64,000 bases of DNA from Dipteris shenzhenensis. Lineage: Eukaryota. Location: assembly GCA_047967505.1 (NCBI GenBank), contig CM106538.1, one strand, 5' to 3'. A model generated the notes under the pieces. It was not told where the DNA came from and did no database searches. It saw only the letters and a list, made by a program, of their open reading frames with translations. Both the position numbers and the translations under genes were made by a program. Below, piece by piece: positions 1 through 12,080 of the stretch; the stretch's first letter is position 1, and each line of letters begins with the position of its first letter.

Positions 1-328
1 TACAATACAATATTATCCACTGAAACACCAGAAAATACATAGAAAAGTTATCAAATGTATCTCTCTAAGATGACTTTATTCTGAAATTCAAAACTTCAAA
101 AATAAATGAAATAAGAGTGCCAAACAGGAAAAATTCAAACTAAAAAGGAGATGAGAGCTCTATGAATCCAGAAAGAATCACAAGCTGAAAGATATATAGA
201 ACAAACAGAAACTAGGACCCTGGACAGTATGCCAAATTACTGAAGGAAAGGCTGTCCAAATGCAATGCGCATCATACCCAAACATGCAAACGTTGCATCA
301 TTTGTAAGTTCCTACAGCAATTACTTGC

Positions 329-411
329 CTGTTCCATGGCCAAGAAACACGGGCAGCTCTCTAGCTCGTTCCATTGCTTCAATATTTTCATCTAGGCGGC
401 TTTTTATGTTT
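329..411 (-). CDS. APT1-like exon 7 (NIKSRLDENIEAMERARELPVFLGHGT); the gene continues left of the window
   Basis: Acceptor TTCAG|, LPxxLxHG motif. Ends at a non-canonical CAG|GCAAGT donor. Confidence 0.9.
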
Positions 412-588
412 CTGAATAAAGACAACAACTCTTGAATGGCACAATTGAATGGTACAATTTTCAAATGGAGGACCTGCCCAAGCTAATCATAGCATTTTCC
501 AACATTTCAAGGAATAAATGAAAAGTTGTTCGAACATATTGAGATGAAAGGACAATTTTCTTTAACAATGGATTAAAAGACTACTTAC

Positions 589-739
589 TTTGCACACGGA
601 AGCCAACCACTAATTGCAACAGCAATGCTAAACTTCAAAGGAAAAACAGTTCCATCACTGTACTTCCCAGCAATAGAGCAGGTCGTTGTATACAATGCGG
701 TTGCAGCACCTTGACTAAAACCACCGATTCCTAGCTTTA
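589..739 (-). CDS. APT1-like exon 6 with catalytic nucleophile (KLGIGGFSQGAATALY...SGWLPCA)
   Basis: GxSxG motif GFSQG and SGWLP. Acceptor TGCAG|, donor |GTAAGT; 151 bp. Confidence 0.94.
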
Positions 740-1235
740 CTGCATTTCACATAATCCAGAGAAATCATGAAAACTACGTGAAGCACGTCATAGCATTATC
801 AACATTAATAGCCACAAAACACAGCTTCTGCAAAGAAGATTCCCTTCTCAAGAAAACTCTTGGTTCAACACCAAACCCCACTTTGTCGAGCAATAAAAGC
901 AACCACTCGTGAAAAGCAGAAACGTTAGGTAATCCTGTATAACCACTTGTATGCTGGATCCTTGTTCCTCAGCATAAAATGGCCAACAGTCACATTTTTC
1001 AGAATAAATGCACACATGCCAACATTCCTGATTAAATTTCAGTCTGTAGCTTTATAAATCCAATGCAGCAGTGGCTAATCTATCATTCTTTTCCTTGATG
1101 TGCACATCCCATTATATGGCTTCCTAGAATAGAATAAAGTGCAAATCTTTTTAAATGCATGATTTACTAAATCGCATGATAGGTGCAAGATTTTAAAAAC
1201 ATGAACCTTATTAATGATATTAAGACAATCGAGAC

Positions 1236-1408
1236 ATGAGGGTCAATCCTGGGAAGACCAAGATCATGACCTTCAATACTAGTGATACCTCGCTACAGCA
1301 CAAGTAATTCACTTTTGTGGGTGGACAAATCAACATTCATGTGTACCTGGGATGTGTTTTCACAGGACCCTAGTTCCAGATGAAACTGGCAGCATGAGCC
1401 AGACTACA
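1236..1408 (+). mobile_element. Fragment of LINE RT C-terminal region (MRVNPGKTKIMTFN...YLGCVF)
   Basis: Translation parallels INLGKTKVMIF...TYLKAVF at 22140-22320 but is diverged. Confidence 0.6.
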
Positions 1409-4400
1409 TCAAATTTGCGGCTTTCTTAGGAATGAAATCCCTACGAAGGGTATAACAGAAGACTGATAGAGCGTCCCAGGAATCACACGGGAAAGTGTTT
1501 TCACTCATAAGCCCTTGAAGGGGACTAGGACATACTTGGATGATGACCTCACGCTCTTGCAACAAGAGCACAGAAGAGAAGGGATGACTCGAGTGCTAGC
1601 TGCAAGTCAGGAGGGAAAATTGGCAGTATATCGAGACGGTAAGGTAATCATTCGGGAGAGCGCAGAAAGAGGTGAGAGAGCTGCAGATAGTACATGACGG
1701 TGTTGGGCTCTAAGACAGAGACACACAACTGATTGGGCATGGTTGTTTGAAATTGTAATGGTACCCTCTAGTCCAACCCAGGAGGTTTCTTAGAGACATA
1801 CACAAATAGAGATATTATTTCTAAACACAGACACGTGAGAGCCCAGATTGCCTACTATTACAGGGTACACCTCGGAGTCAGCTTACAAAAAGGAGATGAG
1901 GAGAGATACTGGGACATGAGGCTCTGGAGGCGTGGCTCTCCTTTTCAGACCACACTTTAGACTACTCGTATCCGTTATTCGAAAGGAGGAGCATGCACGG
2001 CACATGTTGGTTCGGATTCAGCCACCTGATGCACAATCGAATTTCTGTTGCGGTCTGCATCTTTCCCCCAGATACGTCATCCTACGCACATGAAGTCACT
2101 GCAAAGGGTGAGAACCCATAAGAGACTATTTATGATGACATCATGGAATTTTACAAACAGGGAGAGGTCCTTCTATTGAGTGACTTCAATGCATGCACTG
2201 GAGATAGACAAGTGGGTTTGTTAGACTTTGAGACGGACGCCCTCAGAGTACCAGAGATGGACCCAACAAATCTCGGGATAGCGAGATATTCATATGATGC
2301 ACCACATGTGACAAGGTATGGGAGACACGAACTCGAGATGGGAGCTATACAACTTGATTATAAACAATGGCCTCCACAGATGGCCATTGTCCAGAGGGCT
2401 TACCCAGTAGCCCAATGGACTACCTTTTGGGCTCCCCAACTTTTTTGATGCAGGTACATGATTTCATAGTTCACCCCCTCCCAATTGGCGCTGACCACTC
2501 CTATTTGGCCTTCAGTATCTCGACTGCACTGCCTGACATAGGACGTGATCCCCTTGCCCATGTCCGAGTCCGAGTACACTTTGACCATGCAGTATACATG
2601 AGCCACCTGTCCCACAGGCTACAGACCCCTTTGGTAATGATGCAGACCTTACTCACTCCCCAAATACACTTGTCTCACTAGTTCAGGATGCAGCCATCAG
2701 AACATTCCCCACGACCGCTCTACAGCTCACTCCCCCACCACGAAGATGCCACAAAACCCATGGTTTCATGATGAGTAACGAGACCTAAGATCCCACCTCA
2801 TACAAGAACAAGCTTAGGGGCACTTGACGCGATCAAGGCACAACAGATCTAGAGGCGTCTGACACAACGTAAGAGACACGCTTTTCTCTTGCATAGGATG
2901 GCTAAGGTGATCCACTTTTTTCAAGGAGGCGACCCCTATCATCCTGCTTCAACAACATGTATCCACTTGCTTGGTAATATTTCTTTTTGTTATTCAATAG
3001 TATGCTTATTAAGAAATGAAATGTTTTCCTACTGTTCAGTTATGGTCAATGGGGACTAGGTCTAGCATTTGAGGGTGGACCCCCTTGCTTGGGGTTATGG
3101 GCATTAGTGACTCACAAGAGTAATGGCCTCTCTTTGAGAGGGACATCTGGAAACCACACCCCACCTGAGTACCCAAACATGGGACCAATCAAATGCACAG
3201 ATTGCATACTGACCTAGGAACCATTCAAGAGAATGTTCCCTGAGCTTTGGGTGTGGGCCTGGCAACATGCCAAGAGTAATCGAGATACAAGATAAGATGA
3301 CAAACAAATGAGCTCAGTATGGCTCAATTAAGACCTTAGAGTACCTCAGTAGATAGTCCAAGCTGTTAGGAACCCGTGGGTGCGATGAGAATTGAATTCT
3401 GACAACTTTGAAATTTTAGGGTTTTTGGGAGCTGACATGTGGCAGACTGCCACATGGAATCTGAGCTGGTAGGTCAGTCCACCTGTCCCACACATGTGGC
3501 AGCATGCATGGCAGGTGGCAGAGCATGCAGGCGAAGTGTCTGGCCCCAAATCTGGTAGATTTGGGGCAGGTTGTGGGCTGTCCTCTTTGGGACTGTAGCC
3601 CACCAAAAATCTGGGACAAGTGTCCACCTTCCACTCTGGATCGGGGGGGGGGGGGGGGGTTGAGCCTATAAAAGAAGGCCTCTCCCCTTCATTCCCTACA
3701 TGAAAAATTCGTCACTTTTCTTATCCCTCCTTTTGGTTGATGCAGGAGAACCTCTCCAACTCCTTGGGTGCAACCATTCTCTCACCTCATTCCCTACATG
3801 AAAAATTCGTCACTTTTCTTCTCCCTCCTTTTGGTTGATGCAACAGAACCTCTCCAGCTCCTTGGGTGCAGCCAGCTTCTCCCCAGGCCATTCTCTCACC
3901 TCAGCAGCACTTTCTCTCTCTACAGCAACACACTCTCTCTCTACAGTTCCAGCCCCTCCTCTCTAGATATCTGCCCCCTCTCAGCTCTTCTGGAACAGCA
4001 GCAGCATCCTCTCCTATCCTCGAACAGCCACAGCCACAACATCTCTCTCCTGCTGCAGTATTTCTCTCTCTACTGCAAAATTTCTCTCTCTACTGTTCCA
4101 GCCCCTTCCCCTTGCACAAATCTGCCTTTCTCTGCACCTCTGGAACAGCAGCAGCTCCTCTCTTACATCCCCTCCATTGGGATCAGCATTGGCACTCTCT
4201 CTCTACAGCCATCACTCCATAAAGACACTCTCTCTCTAGCCTACAGGCTGTTTTTCTGAGCTGTTCTCATTCCAGCCCCATTTCTGTTGGGGTAAAGGGC
4301 AGTGTGCCCACCCACTTGTACAGTGCCCATGTATACTCAATATATATGAAAGAGGAATAAGCTGGAGTAGCTTTTGCTCCACCACTTTTGGTGTCTCCTT

Positions 4401-6515
4401 ATTCCTTTATGTGTGCTCTCCTCTCTCACAACTGGTATCAGAGCCCATGGCGTTCGATCTACGAGGAGCTCAATGAGAGGAGAACGGGCACTGCTTCGAG
4501 AGATCTACCGGGAGCTTTGGAGAGCTTGATTCTCTCATTCACGGAGAGATTTTGGGTAGACATCATCCAAATCTGTTTGCTCTACAATGCAGCTACAAGA
4601 ATCACTTTGGGTTATCTTCCAGCGCTCCAGTGCTCTAGCAACCTAGCGTTGGAAGGAGATCGCTGTCCGTTGGTCTTGACGTTATCTCGTGGGAGCCTAT
4701 CGTTGGCTGTTGATGCATCCTTTGCAGCAAGTGGCTGGCTGTTGTGTGCTTGTTGGAGGCGTTGGTTATCATGGGCAGCTAGTAGATAGGCGTCAAGAGC
4801 AATTGTTGCTGCTATTCTGTGAGCCAGGAGTCGGTTGGTGAGCAACTTCTTTGGCGTAGGAGACCGTGAAGGAGCGCTGGAGAGCTGCATATGCAACTTG
4901 TGGTGGAGTTCGCACAGTCCTCCGATTGCGATTCCATCGACGCCAGGCTTCCTAAAAATTTACAATTGTGCTACCTATAACCTCACATCGAGGTTTCCTC
5001 CCTGCAGATTTGGGTCTTATTTTGGCGCCATAGCCATTCTTGGCACTTGCAGGTTCCAGTCTTGGCATAGTTCTTTGCCATTGTCTCTAGCTCATCTGGG
5101 AGCTGTTGGGGAGCCTCTGGATTGCATGTTTGATGCAATTGTATGCCTGGGAGATAGCCGGTGTTGCATTTGAGGTCTTGGAGCTGAGCATTGGCTGATT
5201 TTGGTCTCTTTGCGGGACATTTTGCAGAAGTACGCCTTGTGGACATTGTGTGGGATATGTGCTTGTGCACTATGCAGCTTCATTTGGTTGCAGTTGAGCT
5301 TTGTTAGCTCGTGTTTTCCCGTGCATTTGGGTCCTCGTACGGACATACTCTGGTGCATCTTAGTCCTTGTGAACATTCCGTTACAGTTAGTCAGTGGGTT
5401 GCATATCTTTTTTGCAGATGCATCACTTTGGCAGTGGCAGTGACACATGCTTTGACAGTGGTACATGCCTGGTTGAGATGCATTGACAGTTTGTTGGATG
5501 CATGGTTATTTGCCTATGTTGGATACATACGGTGGTACGGTGATGTATAGAGATCCTGTCAAATGAGCATTGTTTGGAGCTGTTTTCAGGGCTGATTTGT
5601 TATCATATTCGGGGCTGATTTTATGGCATTGTGTTTGCCATTGGTCAGGACATTACAATTGCTGCTGTTGCTGTTTTTTATGACAAAACAGTCATTTTCA
5701 GGACTGAATATCTCTTTCCTGGTGCGGAATTGCACTTTGTGCCAAACTGGAAAGTTGTAGTTCACAGAACATACTACAACTTTGCTTTTGGAAGCAAGTT
5801 GATCCGGTATAAGCTGCAGGAGTTACAGCCTCTGCAAAACCACAAAAAGTTGCAGTCTGCTGTCTATTTGTGACCAATGTGCAGGAAGCTGTTTTTCAGG
5901 TGAGAATATATGAGAATCCACAAGGATTTTGCTCTTGAGGTCAACTGACAAGTTGTAGATCTTTCTACCAGCTACAACTTTGCTGTTTACAGCTTTGGCA
6001 TCCGGTCCTTCAGTGAAAAGATATCGCTGTTCAAAAACAGGGACAGCGTGTTATTTTGCCCAAAGTGGCTGTGAGGTATTGTTGTAGGGATTTCTCTTGC
6101 ACAACAGTGAATTGGGAACTCACAGTAAATTATATAAAGTGATTGGGATCTCACTTCAGTCCAAGGGCATTATTGGCATTTTGGCAAGTCACTTTGGCAC
6201 ATTTGGCAAGTGGTGAATGCTTGAATTTATTGCCAAAGGATTGCGCACTTGAGGTGATGCATTGGTGATGCAGTAAATGCCATTTCGATGCATTATGGAT
6301 TTGCATTGGTGGATGCCACACTGATGTTTATGGATAGTTGAGCTGGGCTCCTATTGCCATTGGTTGAGCAGGCATTGCTCATTTGGTTCAGTGCATTTCT
6401 TACTTCAATTGCCAGGCATTGGCAGGTTACTGAGCTGCATATATTCTTGTTTATGCCTCTTTATGGCTGAGTGCTTTTGAGCATTGGATCAACCAATTTA
6501 TTTGGAGACCTGATT

Positions 6516-9500
6516 TGTCATCCTGCTTCAACATGTATCCACTTGCTTGGTACTATTTCTTTTTGTTTTTCAATAGTATGCTTATTAAGAAATGAAATGT
6601 TTTCCTTCTGTTCAGTTACGGACAATGGGGACTAGGTCTAGCATTTGAGGGTGGACCCCCTTGCTTGGGGTTATGGGCATTAGTGACCCACAAGAGTGAT
6701 GGCCTCTCTTTGAGAGGGACATCTAGAAACCACACCCCACCTGAGTACCCAAACATGGGACCAATCAAATGCACAGATTGCATACCGACCTAGGAACCAT
6801 TCAAGAGAATGTTCCCTGAGCTTTGGGTGTGGGCCTGGCAGCATGCCAAGAGTAATGGAGATACAAGATAAGACGACAAACAAATGAGCTCAGTATGGCT
6901 CAATTATGACCTTAGAGTACGTCAATAGATAGTCTAAGCTGTTAGGAACCCGTGTGTGCGATCAGAATTAAATTCTGACAACTTTGAAATTTTAGGGTTT
7001 TTGGGAGTGACGTGGCAGCTGACACGTGGCAGACTGCCACTTGGAATCTGGGCTGGCAGGTCAGTCCACCTGTCCCACACATGTGGCAGCATGCATGGCA
7101 AGTGGCAGGGCATGCAGGCCAAGTGTTTGGCCCCAAATCTGGTAGATTTAGGGCAAGTGGTGGGCTGTCCTCTTTGGGACTGCAGCCCACCAAAAATCTG
7201 GGACAAGTGTCCACCTTCCACTCTAGGCCTAGGAGGGGGGCTGAGCCTATAAAAGAAGGCCTCTCCCCTTCATTCCACACATGAAAATTTCGTCACTTTT
7301 CTTCTCCCTCCTTTTAGATGATGCAGCAGAACCTCTCCAGCTCCTTGGGTGCAGCCAGCTTCTCCCCAGGCCATTCTCTCACCTCAGCAGCACTTTCTCT
7401 CTCTACAACAGCACATTCTCTCTCTACAGTTCCAGCCCCTCCTCTCCAGAAATCTGCCCCCCTCTCAGCTCTTTTGGAACAGCAGCAGCATCCTCTCTCC
7501 TTCACCTAGCCTGGAGCAGCCACAGCCCCTTTCTCTCTCCTGCTGCAGTCTTTCTCTCTCTACTACAGAATTTCTCTCTCTACTGTTCCAGCCCATTTCC
7601 CTTGCAGAAATCTGCCTTTCTGTGCACCTCTGGAACAGCAGCAGCTCCTCTCTTACATCTCCTCCCTTGGGATCAGCATAGGCACTCTCTCTCTACAGCT
7701 ATCACTCCATAAAAGCTTTCTCTCTCTAGCCTACAGGCTGTTTTTCTAAGCTGTTCTCATTCCAGCCCCATTTCCACACTCTCCTCACCCAAGGTAGCTT
7801 CAGAGGCATCAAGGACTTCATCTACAAAAGGGCCAAGTCACGAAGGGAGCCTGTATTGTCAAGTTTATCTCATTTACAGCACTATTTCATGTTGTTTCTA
7901 CTATCTTTCTAGAAACTAGTGCTTGTCTCTAATATTGGATGTAAGTGGTGATTGTTGCAGGCTTCTTCCTTGTGGATTGGGCAAGCCAAGAGCTGAAACC
8001 TGAGCTTGGAGTCCTCCTTTTTGTTGTCTACCTTGTACATATGCTCTTGAGTCTTGTATTTAGGTCCTAGGTTTTCACTGAGTTCATCAGTTTGGAAGGT
8101 GCATTGCACCTTGGTCTTGTATCTCCATTTTCAAGAATAAAGTGAGCCTGGATAAGGGGGGGGGCCCGTCTTGGCCCCTCAATCATATTGCATTCTCCAA
8201 TGATGTCACTTTGTGTTTAAGCTGTATAAGTCTTAATTCCAGCTTAATTGCAAACTCTTAAGTTCAAGTATATGTGTTTGGCAACTCGCAATCATCTCAT
8301 TCAAATGCCTCTGCAAAATCCGTTGTTTGAATTGAGAGAAAGCACCGAGTAGTTTACATTGGTATCAGAGCTTAGGCAGTGGTCCTGTACTCTGTGCTTT
8401 CTCTTGTTGAGTCTCTCCTTCATTGAGTTATCTTGTCATCATGGCAGCCAATGGACCTGACCCTCCTCCTAACCTGCATGAGTTGAGTGCTCTCTTGGCA
8501 AACATTGCTCAACAGGTTCAAGTGCTGGGAAGCAGCCTAGCAGGAACTCATGACATAGGGCCCCAATCCCAAGGAAGAGGCCGTGCGGACAACACCAACT
8601 CCAACAAGGAGGGAAGATCATCCTCTTCTTCCCCTCCTCGAGGTAGACGGCGTCATCAGAGTCCATCTCCTTCGAGACGTCCACGGAGACGAAGGTATGC
8701 AAAGCATAAGGTACCTCTTGGAGATAAGCTTTTCAAGTTTACCAAGTACAAGGGAGAGGACAAGCCCGAGGTCTTGCTGGCCTGGATCCGAGACCTCGAG
8801 TATTTCTATGAGGGAGATGCTGATTTTGCTCAGCCATGGGCACATTTGAAAGATGGAGGCACCCATCATGCCTACCACATCAGGGATGGCTATTTATTCA
8901 TGGAGAACAAACTATGTATCACAAAGCAGCTTAGATCTAAAGTGATGGAGGAAAGCCATAACCCACCCTATGCTGGTCATAGGGGTATTGTGGCCACCTT
9001 TTCAGCCATGGATAAATTTTTCTACTGGCCTAACATGAAAAAGGACACTGCTGCCTACATTTTAGCTTGTCTCGCATGTCAAAAAGCTAAGTATGAGAGA
9101 GGAAAACCCAAGGGTTTACTTCAGCCCCTACCCATTCCTGAGAGACCATGGGAACACATCACCATGGACTTCATTACAGGAATTCCCAGGACCAATCAAA
9201 ATCATGACATGATTTGGGTGATAGTAGATCGATTCAGCAAGCAAGCCCACTTCATTCCTTGCAGAAAGAATCTCAAGGCACCTGAAGCTGCCCATTTATT
9301 TATTAGACACATCTTTAGACACCACGGCATGCCCAAGTCTATAGTATCAGATAGAGACTCAAAGTTCACTAGTAACTTCTGGCAGGCTTTGTTTGAGAAC
9401 CTTGGAACTCTTCTAAGTTTCTCCTCAGCTTTTCATCCTCAAACGGATGGCCAAACTGAAGTTACGAATAGTACACTCTTGGATTTGCTGAAATTTTATG

Positions 9501-12080
9501 TGCATGACCAGCAAACCTTTTGGGAGAAATTCCTTCCTCTTGTGGAGTTTGCTTATAACAACAATTCATTCCTCCACTGGAAAAGCTCCTTTCGAAATTG
9601 TATATGGTAGATCTTTACCAACTCCACTCATGCAAACAAAAGAGAAAATCTTTGCCGCTCATCAATTCGTGGAGGATTATGACTCTGCTTATGCCACGGT
9701 TCGAGCAGCCATTCAAAACGCACGGGAGAAACAAAGAGCAGCTGCAAATAAAAGACGGAGGGCGTTTGCAGTGAAAGAAGGCCAATGGGTCTTATTGAAA
9801 TTTGAGAAAGCCCGGTTAAAAACCAAAGTGGGCAAAAAGCGCATCTACTTCAAGCTATCCTTTCGATATTATGGTCCTTTTCAGGTGTTGCAGGTAATAA
9901 ATGATGTCTCGGTCCGATTGAGACTTCCAGAGCATTGGAAGATCCACAATGTCTTCCACGTAAGCTTGGTGAAACCCTTCATTGGGGAACCACCTCAAGA
10001 GCCCACACTGGACGATGCACCTGAAGTAGAGGACACTGAGATCTTGTTGATCCCAGAGTAAATTATTTTGCATAACTTCACTACGGGACGTCGAGGCACG
10101 ACTCGCAACATGTACCTTTTGAAGTTCAGAGGGCTCCCATCCACCGATGCCCAATGGGTGGACAGAGCTACATTTCAGGAGTGTCTTGAAATCCTGGATG
10201 CTTATGAGGAAGCATTTCAATTGCGGACAACCGAATGAAAGACGGAGGGAATGTCATCCTGCTTCAACATGTATCCACTTGCTTGGTACTATTTCTTTTT
10301 GTTTTTCAATAGTATGCTTATTAAGAAATGAAATGTTTTCCTTCTGTTCAGTTACGGACAATGGGGACTAGGTCTAGCATTTGAGGGTGGACCCCCTTGC
10401 TTGGGGTTATGGGCATTAGTGACCCACAAGAGTGATGGCCTCTCTTTGAGAGGGACATCTAGAAACCACACCCCACCTGAGTACCCAAACATGGGACCAA
10501 TCAAATGCACAGATTGCATACCGACCTAGGAACCATTCAAGAGAATGTTCCCTGAGCTTTGGGTGTGGGCCTGGCAGCATGCCAAGAGTAATGGAGATAC
10601 AAGATAAGACGACAAACAAATGAGCTCAGTATGGCTCAATTATGACCTTAGAGTACGTCAATAGATAGTCTAAGCTGTTAGGAACCCGTGTGTGCGATCA
10701 GAATTAAATTCTGACAACTTTGAAATTTTAGGGTTTTTGGGAGTGACGTGGCAGACTGCCACTTGGAATCTGAGCTGGCAGGTCAGTCCACCTGTCCCAC
10801 ACATGTGGCAGCATGCATGGCAAGTGGCAGGGCATGCAGGCCAAGTGTTTGGCCCCAAATCTGGTAGATTTAGGGCAAGTGGTGGGCTGTCCTCTTTGGG
10901 ACTGCAGCCCACCAAAAATCTGGGACAAGTGTCCACCTTCCACTCTAGGCCTAGGAGGGGGGCTGAGCCTATAAAAGAAGGCCTCTCCCCTTCATTCCAC
11001 ACATGAAAATTTCGTCACTTTTCTTCTCCCTCCTTTTAGATGATGCAGCAGAACCTCTCCAGCTCCTTGGGTGCAGCCAGCTTCTCCCCAGGCCATTCTC
11101 TCACCTCAGCAGCACTTTCTCTCTCTACAACAGCACATTCTCTCTCTACAGTTCCAGCCCCTCCTCTCCAGAAATCTGCCCCCCTCTCAGCTCTTTTGGA
11201 ACAGCAGCAGCATCCTCTCTCCTTCACCTAGCCTGGAGCAGCCACAGCCCCTTTCTCTCTCCTGCTGCAGTCTTTCTCTCTCTACTGCAAAATTTCTCTC
11301 TCTACTGTTCCAGCCCATTTCCCTTGCAGAAATCTGCCTTTCTGTGCACCTCTGGAACAGCAGCAGCTCCTCTCTTACATCTCCTCCCTTGGGATCAGCA
11401 TAGGCACTCTCTCTCTACAGCTATCACTCCATAAAAGCTTTCTCTCTCTAGCCTACAGGCTGTTTTTCTAAGCTGTTCTCATTCCAGCCCCATTTCCACA
11501 CTCTCCTCACCCAAGGTAGCTTCAGAGGCATCAAGGACTTCATCTACAAAAGGGCCAAGTCACGAAGGGAGCCTGTATTGTCAAGTTTATCACATTTACA
11601 GCACTATTTCATGTTGTTTCTACTATCTTTCTAGAAACTAGTGCTTGTCTCTAATGTTGGATGTAAGTGGTGATTGTTGCAGGCTTCTTCCTTGTGGATT
11701 GGGCAAGCCAAGAGCTGAAACCTGAGCTTGGAGTCCTCCTTTTTGTTGTCTACCTTGTACATATGCTCTTGAGTCTTGTATTTAGGTCCTAGGTTTTCAC
11801 TGAGTTCATCAGTTTGGAAGGTGCATTGCACCTTGGTCTTGTATCTCCATTTTCAAGAATAAAGTGAGCCTGGATAAGGGGGGGGCCCCGTCTTGGCCCC
11901 TCAATCATATTGCATTCTCCAATGATGTCACTTTGTGTTTAAGCTGTATAAGTCTTAATTCCAACTTAATTGCAAACTCTTAAGTTCAAGTATATGTGTT
12001 TGGCAACTCGCAATCATCTCATTCAAATGCCTCTGCAAAATCCGTTGTTTGAATTGATAGAAAGCACCGAGTAGTTTACA
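6516..12080 (+). mobile_element. Ty3/Gypsy chromovirus-type element A, internally deleted; LTRs 6516-8358 and 10252-12080
   Basis: Near-identical 1.8-kb LTRs, TSD TGATT, PBS TGGTATCAGAGC at 8360-8371, PPT before 10252. Integrase H2C2 plus core, GPF motif, and chromodomain-like YLLKFRGLPSTDAQW. Confidence 0.95.
8441..10237 (+). pseudogene. Gag N-terminus fused to integrase-chromodomain; one frameshift near 9565 and one stop at 10059
   Basis: ORFs 8423-9610 and 9498-10061 show HNPPYAGHRG...CLACQ, ITMDFI, SDRD, GQTE and YYGPFQV. No protease, RT or RNase H motifs. Confidence 0.85.

Noticed and set aside
3104-11831. Repeated short ORFs such as MFVVLSCISITLG... and MQPASPQAILSP...
   Set aside because: They recur only because they lie in three copies of LTR A. 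They are low-complexity with no domain motifs.
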